The notes: a model not told the origin generated them from the sequence alone. DNA of 40,000 nucleotides from Faecalibacterium sp. (GCA_022652735.1 JALCRP010000012.1:20952-60951); one strand, 5' to 3'. Positions 28,231 to 36,682 are shown, numbered from the stretch's first letter. Made by a program: numbers and translations.

Positions 28231-29307
28231 ATGAAAGACGATGATTTTGAATTGAGCCTTTTCCCCGAAGAAAGCGAACCGGACGAGGACACTTTGCCGG
28301 AAAAGGAGAAGCCTGCGGCTTTTGATTGGCAGCGGGATGACCCCGAAGATTTTTCCCACCACGCGCCTGCGCCGCAAAAGCAGCCGGCGCCGCCGCAGGA
28401 TTTTGCGCAGCCGCTGTTTGTGCAGGATACGTTCGGCCGGCAGGATGAGGCCGTGCCCGCGCCGCGCCCCGAAAGCTTTGCACAGCCCGCCGCGCCGCGC
28501 CCGGCCGAAAACAATGTCCGGCCAGCGCCGGCTGCCGCTGTGCCGCAGGAAAAATCGGCCCAGCCGCATACAAGAACGCCAAACGGCCGTACCGTGCTGA
28601 TTTCGGGCGGAGATCGCGGCATCGGCGCGGCGGCGGCGCGCCTGTTTTGGCAGCAGGGCTATGCCACGGCTATCCTTTATCATCAGGACGAAGGCGCGGC
28701 CCGTAACCTCATCAACGCCCTTGGGCGTGATTGCATGGCGGTGCGCTGTGATGTGGCCGACCGCGCGGCCTGCGAGGCGGCGCTGCGCGTCGTTGTGCGC
28801 ACCTTTGGGGACCCCGACGTGCTGATTTGCAATGCCGGCATCGCACAGCAAAAGCTGTTTACCGATATTACCGAGGAAGAATGGCAGCGTATGCTTGCCG
28901 TCGATTTGACGGGCGCATTTCACTTATGCCAGCTGGTGCTGCCCGGCATGATCCGGCGCAAGCATGGCCGCATTTTGAACGTCAGCAGCATGTGGGGCCA
29001 AGCGGGCGGCAGCTGTGAGGTGCATTATTCTGCGGCGAAGGCCGGCCTTATCGGCCTGACAAAAGCCCTCGCTAAGGAGGAAGGCCCCAGCGGCATTACC
29101 GTAAACTGTGTGGCGCCGGGCGTGATCGAAACCGATATGATGAACGCTTTTAGCGTAAACGACAAGAAAGCCCTTGCGGAAGAAACGCCTGTCGGGCGGC
29201 TTGGCGAGGCGGCCGAGGTCGCCCGCGTACTCGCTTTTTTGGCCGAAGAAGACGCCGGTTATATCACCGGGCAGGTGTTTGGCGTCAACGGCGGGCTGGT
29301 AATTTGA
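28231..29307 (+). CDS. SDR (FabG-like) with a 120-aa acidic/Pro-rich N-terminal extension
   Basis: The SDR core starts at residue 121 ([22 protein letters not shown]). The only SD-supported start is the ATG at 28231 (GGAAGGAGA). No ATG occurs between it and the Rossmann fold. Confidence 0.8.
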   Translation: MKDDDFELSLFPEESEPDEDTLPEKEKPAAFDWQRDDPEDFSHHAPAPQKQPAPPQDFAQPLFVQDTFGRQDEAVPAPRPESFAQPAAPRPAENNVRPAPAAAVPQEKSAQPHTRTPNGRTVLISGGDRGIGAAAARLFWQQGYATAILYHQDEGAARNLINALGRDCMAVRCDVADRAACEAALRVVVRTFGDPDVLICNAGIAQQKLFTDITEEEWQRMLAVDLTGAFHLCQLVLPGMIRRKHGRILNVSSMWGQAGGSCEVHYSAAKAGLIGLTKALAKEEGPSGITVNCVAPGVIETDMMNAFSVNDKKALAEETPVGRLGEAAEVARVLAFLAEEDAGYITGQVFGVNGGLVI

Positions 29308-29357
29308 TCTTTTTTTCGGAAAAGGCAGGAAAAGTACACTTTTTGCCGAATTTGGGC

Positions 29358-29386
29358 GTGACAGAACGAACTTTTTGCTATATAAT
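29358..29386 (+). promoter_or_regulatory. Candidate sigma-A promoter for rpoD
   Basis: -35 GTGACA, 17-nt spacer, -10 TATAAT, within TATATAATATAATATT. Confidence 0.4.
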
Positions 29387-29446
29387 ATAATATTGCACAG
29401 CTATGTTCATCCCGACACCCCGGGAGGCAAAAGGAGAGGACAGAAT

Positions 29447-30823
29447 ATGAGCAATTCCGTAAAAGATCTTTTGAAGCACGGCTTACACGCCGGCTTTGTC
29501 ACTTTGGCAGAAGTAAATGCCGTGGTGGCCGAAAGCGGCGTGGAACCGGACGCTTTGTATGCACAGCTGGACGAAAAGGATATTGAGATTCGGGATACTG
29601 CCGTCGCCGAGACGGAGGATGCAGATTCCGATTCGGAAATGCCGGAGCAGGAAAGCGCCGTCGTCGAAGAGGCCGAAACCGAAGAAACCACCGAAGATGC
29701 CGCCGATACCAAGGCCGCTATGGACGAGCTTCTGGACGACCCCGTTAAGAACTACCTGAAGCAGATCGGCCAGATCCCGCTTTTGAGCGCAGAGCAGGAA
29801 ATCGCGCTTTCTAAGCGCATCCATGCCGGCGCCGAGGCGGCACATATCCTGTATGCGGACCGCAAAAAATACGGCAGCCCGGAATATATCGTCAGAAACG
29901 GCGAGCGTTTTTCTTTTGAAGAGGACGACGGAAACTTCCCGGAAGTGGAAGCGGATGCCGCAGACATTGAGGAAGAAAAGGGCGATAAGGGCACCGACGC
30001 CGAGGAAAAGGCCGAGGAAGAGGCCGCAATGGAAGCTGTCGAGCACGGCCCGCTTTCGCAGGATGGCCGCGCCAGCCTGCTGGAAACCCGTGCGGACGGC
30101 CTTGCTGCCCGCCGCGCCTTAAGCGAAGCAAACCTGCGCTTGGTTGTGTCGATTGCCAAAAAGCACGTAGGGCACAATCTTGCATTTCTGGATTTGATTC
30201 AGGAAGGCAACATCGGCCTGATTAAGGCCGCCGAGAAGTTTGACTGCGACCGCGGGTTCCGCTTTTCCACCTATGCAACATGGTGGATTCGGCAGGCGAT
30301 CACACGCGCAATCGCCGATCAGGCCCGCACGATCCGTATTCCGGTACATATGGTCGAGACGATCAACCGGATGCGGCAGGCCACCAATACGCTGGTTTAC
30401 CAAAACGGCCATGAACCGACCCCCGAAGAGCTGGCAAAGGCAATGGATATGAGCGTCGAGCGTGTGCGTGAGATTCAGCGCATGGCACAGGAGCCGGCCA
30501 GCCTTGAAAGCCCCGTCGGCGAGGAGGAAGATTCTTCTCTGGGCGATTTTGTGGCGGATGAAACCGCTGAAGCCCCCGGCAAAGCAGCCGACCGCGCGAT
30601 GGTGGCACAGCAGATCAACCTTGCGCTGCAAAGCCTGACCCCGCGCGAAGAGAAGGTGATTCGCCTGCGCTTCGGCTTGGATGATGGCCGCCCGCGCACC
30701 CTTGAGGAAGTGGGCCGCGATTTCGGCGTTACGCGCGAGCGTGTGCGCCAGATCGAAGCCAAGGCGATCCGTAAGCTGCACAGCCGTAAGTGCCTCGCGC
30801 TGCTGAACGGTTTGATCGAGTGA
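29447..30823 (+). CDS. rpoD: Primary RNA polymerase sigma factor (SigA/RpoD)
   Basis: Region 2 [27 protein letters not shown] and region 4 [23 protein letters not shown] are present, with an acidic N-terminal insert. An AGGAGAGGA SD is present. Confidence 0.96.
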   Translation: MSNSVKDLLKHGLHAGFVTLAEVNAVVAESGVEPDALYAQLDEKDIEIRDTAVAETEDADSDSEMPEQESAVVEEAETEETTEDAADTKAAMDELLDDPVKNYLKQIGQIPLLSAEQEIALSKRIHAGAEAAHILYADRKKYGSPEYIVRNGERFSFEEDDGNFPEVEADAADIEEEKGDKGTDAEEKAEEEAAMEAVEHGPLSQDGRASLLETRADGLAARRALSEANLRLVVSIAKKHVGHNLAFLDLIQEGNIGLIKAAEKFDCDRGFRFSTYATWWIRQAITRAIADQARTIRIPVHMVETINRMRQATNTLVYQNGHEPTPEELAKAMDMSVERVREIQRMAQEPASLESPVGEEEDSSLGDFVADETAEAPGKAADRAMVAQQINLALQSLTPREEKVIRLRFGLDDGRPRTLEEVGRDFGVTRERVRQIEAKAIRKLHSRKCLALLNGLIE

Positions 30824-30848
30824 GTTTTCTTTTTCAAGAATAACAAAA

Positions 30849-30885
30849 GCCCTTTCGGCGTATGCTAACGCCGGGAGGGCTTTTT
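30849..30885 (+). terminator. Intrinsic terminator after rpoD
   Basis: GCCCTttCGGCG-tatgctaa-CGCCGggAGGGC is followed by TTTTT. Confidence 0.8.
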
Positions 30886-30887
30886 AC

Positions 30888-31874
30888 ATGCTGGAAGTGC
30901 TCGGGAATACGCTGACGCCCTTTTTGTGGGGCGGCGCGCTGGCGCTCGTTTTGAATATTCCGTTGAAGCGGCTCGAGCGCTGCCTGCATGGCTTGCACCC
31001 GCGCCTTCGGCGGCTTACGGCGCTGACGCTGGTGATGCTTGGGCTGGCGGCGGCGATTTTGCTTGGGCTGTGGCTGTTGGTGCCGCAGCTGCTCGCGGCC
31101 ATCGCGGATTTGGCCAAGGCGCTGCCGCAAATTCCGGCGCAGCTGGCCGAGATGGTTGGGCAAAGCGGCGCGGAAAGCGCGGAAATGGCCGAAAACCTAA
31201 AGGCGCTGAGCGGCGCAGGCGCGGGCGGGCTGGAACAGCTTTGGCAGGCCGGCCTCGCTACCCTAAAGGCCGCGGCCGGTACGCTCGGCGAACTGTTTTT
31301 GGCGCTGATTTTGGCGGTTTATCTGCTGGGCGGCAAGGAAAATTTGGCGCACAAGGCAAAGATGGTGTGCCGTGCTTTGCTTGGCGAGGAAAAAACAAAG
31401 CGCATCCTTGCCTTGGCGGGGCAGGCGGGCGCGGTGTTCTCAGGCTTTATTGCGGGGCAATGCATCGAAGCGTGTATCCTTGCCGGGCTGTTTGTGCTTA
31501 CGCTGCTGCTTTTCCGCATGCCTTACGTGCTGCCTATTTCGGCGGTGATCGGCGTGACGGCGCTGATCCCGGTGTTTGGGGCGTGGGCCGGCTGCGCCAT
31601 CGGTGCGCTGCTGATTTTGCCGATCAGCCTGCAAAAGGCCGGCATTTTTTTGATTTTATTTTTTGCGGTGCAGCAGTTTGAAAATAATGTGATTTATCCG
31701 CGCGTGGTGGGCAGCCGCATTGGCTTGCCGCCGCTCTGGGTTTTGGCGGCCGTTTTATTGGGCGGCGGGCTGTTCGGCGCGGCGGGCCTGATTCTCGGTA
31801 TCCCGGCGATGAGTGTGCTGTATCATGTCGGCGGCGAGTGGGTGCGGATGCGCCTTGGGCAGGAGCCGAAGTAA
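30888..31874 (+). CDS. AI-2E family transporter (PerM/YdiK/UPF0118-like)
   Basis: The C-terminal signature QQFENNVIYPRVVGSRIGLPPLWVL...GIPAMSV is present. 328 aa, short at the N-terminus compared with family members I recall. Confidence 0.8.
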   Translation: MLEVLGNTLTPFLWGGALALVLNIPLKRLERCLHGLHPRLRRLTALTLVMLGLAAAILLGLWLLVPQLLAAIADLAKALPQIPAQLAEMVGQSGAESAEMAENLKALSGAGAGGLEQLWQAGLATLKAAAGTLGELFLALILAVYLLGGKENLAHKAKMVCRALLGEEKTKRILALAGQAGAVFSGFIAGQCIEACILAGLFVLTLLLFRMPYVLPISAVIGVTALIPVFGAWAGCAIGALLILPISLQKAGIFLILFFAVQQFENNVIYPRVVGSRIGLPPLWVLAAVLLGGGLFGAAGLILGIPAMSVLYHVGGEWVRMRLGQEPK

Positions 31875-31896
31875 CAGCCTAAGCTGCCTTTTGGGC

Positions 31897-31925
31897 TGGA
31901 CACAACCCGCAAAATATGATATACT
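31897..31925 (+). promoter_or_regulatory. Promoter for tRNA-Gly
   Basis: -35 TGGACA, 17-nt spacer, -10 TATACT, with an extended TG at 31917-18. Confidence 0.5.
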
Positions 31926-31938
31926 GCATCTCGCGCCT

Positions 31939-32013
31939 GCAAGTGTAGTACATCGGCTAGTATAACAGCCTTCCAAGCTGTGGAGGTGGGTTCGACTCCC
32001 ATCACTTGCTCCA
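31939..32013 (+). tRNA. tRNA-Gly (anticodon UCC), CCA encoded
   Basis: Cloverleaf folded by hand. The acceptor stem is GCAAGTG/CACTTGC. The D arm is GTAC-ATCGGCTA-GTAT. The anticodon arm is ACAGC-CTTCCAA-GCTGT. The T arm is GTGGG-TTCGACT-CCCAT. The discriminator is T and the 3' end is CCA. Confidence 0.9.
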
Positions 32014-32020
32014 TCAAAAA

Positions 32021-32050
32021 AGCCAGGAAATAAGACATTTCCTGGCTTTT
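32021..32050 (+). terminator. Hairpin plus T-tract after the tRNA
   Basis: AGCCAGGAAAT-aagac-ATTTCCTGGCT is followed by TTT. Confidence 0.7.
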
Positions 32051-32059
32051 ACTATTTCA

Positions 32060-32082
32060 TTTTACCGCACTTTTTACCGCAC
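32060..32082 (+). repeat. Tandem direct repeat TTTTACCGCAC x2 (12-bp period), with a partial third copy TTTTACC at 32101-32107
   Basis: Exact 11-mers at 32060-32070 and 32072-32082 lie between the tRNA and the 3' end of int. Confidence 0.6.
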
Positions 32083-32102
32083 ATATTTTTAATGTACGAT
32101 TT

Positions 32103-33230
32103 TTACCCAAGAATCTTGCGGAACTGCTCCGAGGTTTCCTCCGCGATCTGCTCCATCTCTCCGTTCAGGAGATGGTCATAAACTCCGCGCGAATCCATGC
32201 TGCGAGAATGACCGACCAATTTTTTTAGATGGCCATCGGGGATAGATCCATTTACCGTAACAAATGTGTGCCGCATCTCGTAAAGCGTCGTGTATGGGAT
32301 TCCATTTTTTTTCTGATATGCCTTCCAGCGATTGTAAAAAGACCGCTCGGTCGGGATCTGGAACAGCGGAGTGTTATAATTCATTCGGATTCCCTGCGAC
32401 TTTAGCAGTTCAATCTGATCATTGTAAGCTTTCTGCGCCTGCTCGTTCATCACAAAACTGCGCTTTGCGTTGTCATTCTTTCCCGAAGTGATTTCGTTCA
32501 AAACATTTTTTGCCCGTCTGAGATTTACCACATTGCCCTTTATATCTCCAATCCAGACCCCAACGATTTCTCCCGGCCGCATACCGGTCGAAACTGCAAA
32601 ACGGTAAGCGTAAATATAATCGTCAAACTCTCTGTGTCTCCACCTGGTTACTTCGTCCACGGTGAAAAGTGTCTTTAATGATCCTGGTTGCAAAACGTGC
32701 TTTTCCCGTTCGATGGCTCCCTTTGGGATTTTCAGATCATCCGGGCACAGCATGGTATATTTATGCTTTCTGCACCATTTCAAAAACTCACACTCTATAG
32801 CCTTTATTGTCTTTAGCGTTTTTCGGCTGAGATTTCGGTTGATGCTAGGTTTCTGCCTTACCTTTTTTAGGCATCCGTGCTTATATGACTTATCAATTAC
32901 ATCCTGCAGTTGTCCCTCAGTAAGAGCCCCGATCTGTGTGTTTTCACACACTGGGAGGATATAGTATTCTCCGTATTTTTTGTGCTGTAGATAGTTGCTT
33001 TCGCCGCTGGCCTCTTTTACAGATTCCAAAAATTCGCTGTAAACGGTGGAAGTTTTGGCAGTTGCGTTTGCAATTCCATCGTCCAGCCAGGCATCTGCTT
33101 TGGCGTTGGCCTCTCTCTGACCGGTTCGACCGGATGTGCTGCTGTAAAACGATTTGCGCACTCCGTCTTTTTGTACGTCGATGCGCCACATCTTGCCTGT
33201 CCACGATGCTGTATTTGTTCTTTTACCCAT
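32103..33230 (-). CDS. int: Tyrosine-type site-specific integrase
   Basis: 375 aa. The C-terminal catalytic signature is MRHTFVT...LVGHSRSMDSRGVYDH (HxxR...H...Y). The ATG at 33230 lies 8 nt after GGAGG. Confidence 0.92.
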   Translation of the reverse strand: MGKRTNTASWTGKMWRIDVQKDGVRKSFYSSTSGRTGQREANAKADAWLDDGIANATAKTSTVYSEFLESVKEASGESNYLQHKKYGEYYILPVCENTQIGALTEGQLQDVIDKSYKHGCLKKVRQKPSINRNLSRKTLKTIKAIECEFLKWCRKHKYTMLCPDDLKIPKGAIEREKHVLQPGSLKTLFTVDEVTRWRHREFDDYIYAYRFAVSTGMRPGEIVGVWIGDIKGNVVNLRRAKNVLNEITSGKNDNAKRSFVMNEQAQKAYNDQIELLKSQGIRMNYNTPLFQIPTERSFYNRWKAYQKKNGIPYTTLYEMRHTFVTVNGSIPDGHLKKLVGHSRSMDSRGVYDHLLNGEMEQIAEETSEQFRKILG

Positions 33231-33254
33231 AACAAAAACCTCCTTTGAGTATGC

Positions 33255-33284
33255 TTGCCAAAGCCCACCCAAAAGAGGTATAAT
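33255..33284 (+). promoter_or_regulatory. Strong sigma-A type promoter divergent from int
   Basis: -35 TTGCCA, 18-nt spacer, perfect -10 TATAAT. Confidence 0.5.
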
Positions 33285-33290
33285 CACGAT

Positions 33291-33372
33291 TGTGAGCCGT
33301 GCTTGTCCTCTGGGCGAGCCGCTTATTCATCCCCGTCTGGTGTTAGCGCGCCGGGCGGGGATTTTTATTTAT
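33291..33372 (+). ncRNA. Candidate small RNA (~80 nt) defined by promoter and intrinsic terminator; no ORF
   Basis: The predicted TSS is near 33291. The first hairpin is GCTTGTCC-tct-GGGCGAGC. The terminator is CCCCGTCTGG-(10 nt)-CCGGGCGGGG, followed by ATTTTTATTTATT. Confidence 0.35.
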
Positions 33373-33611
33373 TGCGCAATATTAAAAGTTTTTGTTAACT
33401 TCTGATTATCTAAAGAAATAACCTCTCCGGCTTCTACTTCAACCGGCGTCGAGGTATCACTTAAAACATAGGCGCATTGCACTGTGATTTCAGCGCCATC
33501 TTTTACCTGTTTCATATAGTTTTCGGAATCTACGCTTCCGTCGGTTACAATACCCTGTGCAGCCCTTTCATCACCACTGCGGTGAAGTGGGAGGGCGCGC
33601 GCACTTTCCAT
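33369..33611 (-). pseudogene. Orphan 80-codon ORF, probably the 3' fragment of a disrupted gene
   Basis: The translation is MESARALPLHRSGDERAAQGIVTDGSVDSENYMKQVKDGAEITVQCAYVLSDTSTPVEVEAGEVISLDNQKLTKTFNIAQ. It has no SD and no signal peptide. It is AT-richer than its surroundings. Its ATG lies 9 bp from the ATG of the divergent capsid-like ORF. Confidence 0.35.
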
Positions 33612-33620
33612 TTTACTAAT

Positions 33621-34559
33621 ATGTCTACCGGCGGCTTTAAGAACCACAGCCGCAACGGCGGCTGGAACCGCGGCAAATACGTCCAGACGGATGTACCCTT
33701 TACGCTGGAGCATGACCGCGACATCGAATTTTTGGTGGATAAGGCCGATGTGGATGAAACCAACGCTACCGCAAGCATCAAGAACATTTCCAGCACCTTT
33801 GAGCAGACGCAGGCGTCCCCGGAAACAGATGCTCTGTTCTTCTCCAAGTGCGCTTCCAAAGCCCTGACGCTGGCCGGGTATCACTCCAGCACGGCAATCA
33901 CCGCCTATACCACGGCAAATGTCTTCGCTAAGCTGAAGGCTATGCTGGCGGCAGGTAAGCTGCGCCGCTACAAGGCACAGGGCGCCCTGATTATGTACGT
34001 GTCCAGCGCAATCATGGATCTGCTGGAGCAGAGCGACAAGTTCACCCGCAAAATCGAGATGACCCAGATCAGTGAGGGCGGCGTGAGCATGGAAACCCGT
34101 GTTACGGACATCGACGGCGTTCCGCTGATGGAAGTGATCGACGACGAACGCTTCTACAGTGCGTTCAACTTCGAGCCTGAGGACGGCGGCTTTGCGCCTT
34201 CCGTGGCGGCGTATAAGCTTACCACGGACACCGCTATTGATACGGCCAAAACTTATTACACGAAGGCGGGGGATGTGTACACGGCGGTTGCGACGCCCAA
34301 GGTGGCCGATATTGCCACTTATTATGAGCAGACCGCGCCCGCGTCCTATAAAATCAACGTGCTGATCGCAAGCCCGCTGACCACCAAGGTCGTGCCCAAG
34401 ATTTCCAGCATCTACTACTTCGCCCCCGGCGCCCACACCCAGGGTGATGGCTATCTGTACCAGAATCGGGAGCTGAGCGATGTGTTCACCTTCCCGAACG
34501 GAAAGGACAACACCATCGACAGCCTTTTTGTGGATGTGGATACCACGGCGGCAAACTGA
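33621..34559 (+). CDS. Phage major capsid-like protein, possibly 5'-truncated
   Basis: 312 aa, first in a head-completion/tail gene order. The motif region TLEHDRDIEFLVDKADVDETN...SPETDALFFSK resembles capsid proteins of A118/Sfi11-like siphoviruses as I recall them. There is no SD before the ATG at 33621. Confidence 0.65.
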   Translation: MSTGGFKNHSRNGGWNRGKYVQTDVPFTLEHDRDIEFLVDKADVDETNATASIKNISSTFEQTQASPETDALFFSKCASKALTLAGYHSSTAITAYTTANVFAKLKAMLAAGKLRRYKAQGALIMYVSSAIMDLLEQSDKFTRKIEMTQISEGGVSMETRVTDIDGVPLMEVIDDERFYSAFNFEPEDGGFAPSVAAYKLTTDTAIDTAKTYYTKAGDVYTAVATPKVADIATYYEQTAPASYKINVLIASPLTTKVVPKISSIYYFAPGAHTQGDGYLYQNRELSDVFTFPNGKDNTIDSLFVDVDTTAAN

Positions 34560-34580
34560 TTGCCAGAGAGGTAGACAGCT

Positions 34581-34748
34581 ATGAAATTTCGGAACAAAAA
34601 TACCGGCGCTATTCTCGAACCTAAGGATGCGGACGTTGAAGCTATGCTGAAAACCAGCACGGAATATTCCTCTGTTACGGAAAGCACGAAAGCATCGCTC
34701 GAAAAGGTACCCGAGAGAGTGCCGGAAAAAACCGACAAAAAGGAGTAA
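34581..34748 (+). CDS. Small phage protein (55 aa), unknown function
   Basis: MKFRNKNTGAILEPKDADVEAMLKTSTEYSSV... A GAGAGG SD is present. It is below the size cutoff of the ORF track. Its position, capsid-adjacent, is typical of small phage genes. Confidence 0.45.
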   Translation: MKFRNKNTGAILEPKDADVEAMLKTSTEYSSVTESTKASLEKVPERVPEKTDKKE

Positions 34749-34753
34749 GGAAT

Positions 34754-35116
34754 ATGGCGCAATACGCAGACAAAAAGGACTACGCCGCCAGATTCCCTGG
34801 AGAACAAACGAGCGACGCTATTCTGAACCGCGCTTGCGAAGACATCGATGCTATGACATTTCATCGCATCCCCAAATCCGGCTTTGAGAAACTGACAGAG
34901 TTTCAGCAGAATATGGTGGAACTGGCCGTCTGCGAACAGGCACATTTCTGCACGAGCTATGGCGAATTCCTGAATAGCCCGCTTGCTTCGTATGGGATCA
35001 ACGGTGTGTCGATGGCATTCAAGGAAGATGCAGTGAAAACATATTCCGGCGTTCAGACTACCGAAAAGGTGCATTCGCTGCTGATCCAGTCCGGCCTTGC
35101 GTGGCCGGGAATGTGA
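34754..35116 (+). CDS. Head-tail connector protein (gp6-like adaptor)
   Basis: 120 aa. MAQYADKKDYAARF...AILNRACEDIDAMT is typical of gp6-like/DNA-packaging connector proteins. An AAGGAG SD is present. Confidence 0.75.
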   Translation: MAQYADKKDYAARFPGEQTSDAILNRACEDIDAMTFHRIPKSGFEKLTEFQQNMVELAVCEQAHFCTSYGEFLNSPLASYGINGVSMAFKEDAVKTYSGVQTTEKVHSLLIQSGLAWPGM

Positions 35117-35123
35117 GGCGCGT

Positions 35124-35456
35124 ATGATTTGGCCGAAACTGGTTCCCGATTCCGTATGCAACGTTGCATGTACCGTCACTCTGACCGGGCCGCCCGGCGA
35201 GGACGGCGCACCCACTGTGCTGCAAACGCTGGACGCTAAATGCAACTACACCGATGCCCCAAAACAGATTGTGGATGCCACAAAGCGCCTGATCCAGCTT
35301 TCCGGCACGGCCCTGTTTAATGGCGACATTGCGCCCGGCGTAAAGATTCTGGCAGGCATCATCACCACAGATTCCGGCACATGGACGATTTACCGCGGGG
35401 TGCGGGCCCGCAACCCGGACGGCACGGTGAATTTCACGAAACTGGAGCTGATGTGA
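35124..35456 (+). CDS. Head closure / head-tail joining protein (minor capsid 2-like)
   Basis: 110 aa. The C-terminal ...YRGVRARNPDGTVNFTKLELM pattern is present. The position fits. Confidence 0.65.
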   Translation: MIWPKLVPDSVCNVACTVTLTGPPGEDGAPTVLQTLDAKCNYTDAPKQIVDATKRLIQLSGTALFNGDIAPGVKILAGIITTDSGTWTIYRGVRARNPDGTVNFTKLELM

Positions 35457-35833
35457 TGGCAATCGAGGTCGAATTGGACATGGCGGCGATCGCCGGCATT
35501 GAAACAGCGGCGAAGGCGGCCGCGCTGGAAACAGTTCGGGTCTTGCGCGGTGAGGTTGTGTCGGCGGCCGTGATGCCATTTGACACCGGCCACATGCAAA
35601 ATAACCAGACTGAGGTTACTCAGGTGGTGGATGGTGAAGAAATCCACACTATGCTGACCACAGATGCCCCGCAGGCGCGCCGCTTGTACTATCACCCGGA
35701 ATACCATTTCCAAACGGGGAAGAACGCTAATGCCGGCGCAAGCTGGCTTGCCGATTGGCTGCCCGGCGGCGCACAGGAAAGTTTCCTTCCCGATACATTC
35801 ACGGCTTGCCTGAAGGAGAAGATGCCGAAATGA
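35456..35833 (+). CDS. HK97 gp10-like tail-completion / minor capsid 1-like protein
   Basis: 125 aa: VMPFDTGHMQNN...ARRLYYHPEYHF. The start overlaps the upstream stop (ATGA). Confidence 0.7.
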   Translation: MAIEVELDMAAIAGIETAAKAAALETVRVLRGEVVSAAVMPFDTGHMQNNQTEVTQVVDGEEIHTMLTTDAPQARRLYYHPEYHFQTGKNANAGASWLADWLPGGAQESFLPDTFTACLKEKMPK

Positions 35834-36231
35834 CAACGGAAAACCTGAAAAACTGGATCAAACTGCAGGACGCCGAGTTTGCGGGCATTCTCCAGCTGGG
35901 CGGCGTGGACGCCAACGCGGAAAAGTATCTTGGAATCTATCCGGCCGGGCAGGCCGGCGGCAATGCGCAGATTTGCCTCGGCGGGCTGGCCTGCACGACG
36001 ACCGAAACGCTGCGTGCCCGCCTGTTGCTGCGTTGGGGCCAAGCGATCCCCGCGGCGGAAGCAAAGGCGCGGAAGCTATGGAATTACTTTGCCGGGTTGT
36101 CCGATGCCGATATGGACGGGGCACATGTATATCTGGCTGACCCCGGAGCATCCCCTGTATTCATCGGCAAGGACAGCTGCGGCGTAGTTGAATACGTTAT
36201 TAATCTGGAAATTATATGTGAAAGAGAGTGA
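35830..36231 (+). CDS. Putative tail terminator / neck protein
   Basis: 133 aa. The call rests on its position between the gp10-like protein and the major tail protein. It has an ATGA overlap with the upstream gene. Confidence 0.55.
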   Translation: MTTENLKNWIKLQDAEFAGILQLGGVDANAEKYLGIYPAGQAGGNAQICLGGLACTTTETLRARLLLRWGQAIPAAEAKARKLWNYFAGLSDADMDGAHVYLADPGASPVFIGKDSCGVVEYVINLEIICERE

Positions 36232-36235
36232 GAAA

Positions 36236-36682
36236 ATGGCAGCGAAAACAGGCGTATATCCTGTGTTTGAAAACAAATTTAAAATTGGCACGTCAGGTTC
36301 TGCCAGTACGACGGAACAGATGGCTACGGTGTCGAACCTCGAAACGTTCAGCGTTTCTATCGATGGCAATGTCGAGGAGTGGAAACCGATGGAAGCCGAG
36401 GGATGGGTGCGCCGCCTGAAAACGGGCAGCAGCCTGAAAATCAGCTTTTCCGGGAAACGCTGCATCGGCGATGCCGGTAATGATTATGTCGCCGGCAGCT
36501 TTATCAATACTGGCGTGTCTGCTTCCACAAAGTTCGAGTGGGAGTTCCCTTCCGGCGCAAAGCTGGAAATGCCCTGCGTGATGAACGTTACCAACGTGGG
36601 CGGCGGTGACAGTACCAATGTTGCTGCTCTGGAATTTGAAATCCAGAGCGACGGGAAACCTACCTTCACCCCTGCAAGCTGA
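36236..36682 (+). CDS. Major tail (tube) protein
   Basis: 148 aa beta-rich protein directly upstream of the chaperone pair and tape measure. GTSGSASTT...FSVSIDGNVEEW resembles phi13/TP901-type tube proteins. Confidence 0.75.
   Translation: MAAKTGVYPVFENKFKIGTSGSASTTEQMATVSNLETFSVSIDGNVEEWKPMEAEGWVRRLKTGSSLKISFSGKRCIGDAGNDYVAGSFINTGVSASTKFEWEFPSGAKLEMPCVMNVTNVGGGDSTNVAALEFEIQSDGKPTFTPAS

Noticed and set aside
31939-32013. The tRNA might be a pseudo-tRNA, because the acceptor stem has A3:U70 and A4:U69 instead of the G:C pairs usual for tRNA-Gly.
   Set aside because: The changes are compensatory on both arms. All four stems, U8, A14, GG in the D loop, U33, the TTCGA T-loop, discriminator U and CCA are intact. 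It also has its own promoter and terminator.
33369-34436. Minus-strand 355-aa ORF spanning the capsid-like gene.
   Set aside because: Only its last 80 codons (33369-33611) look like real coding sequence. The rest is antisense to the capsid-like gene and is Gly/Arg/His-rich.
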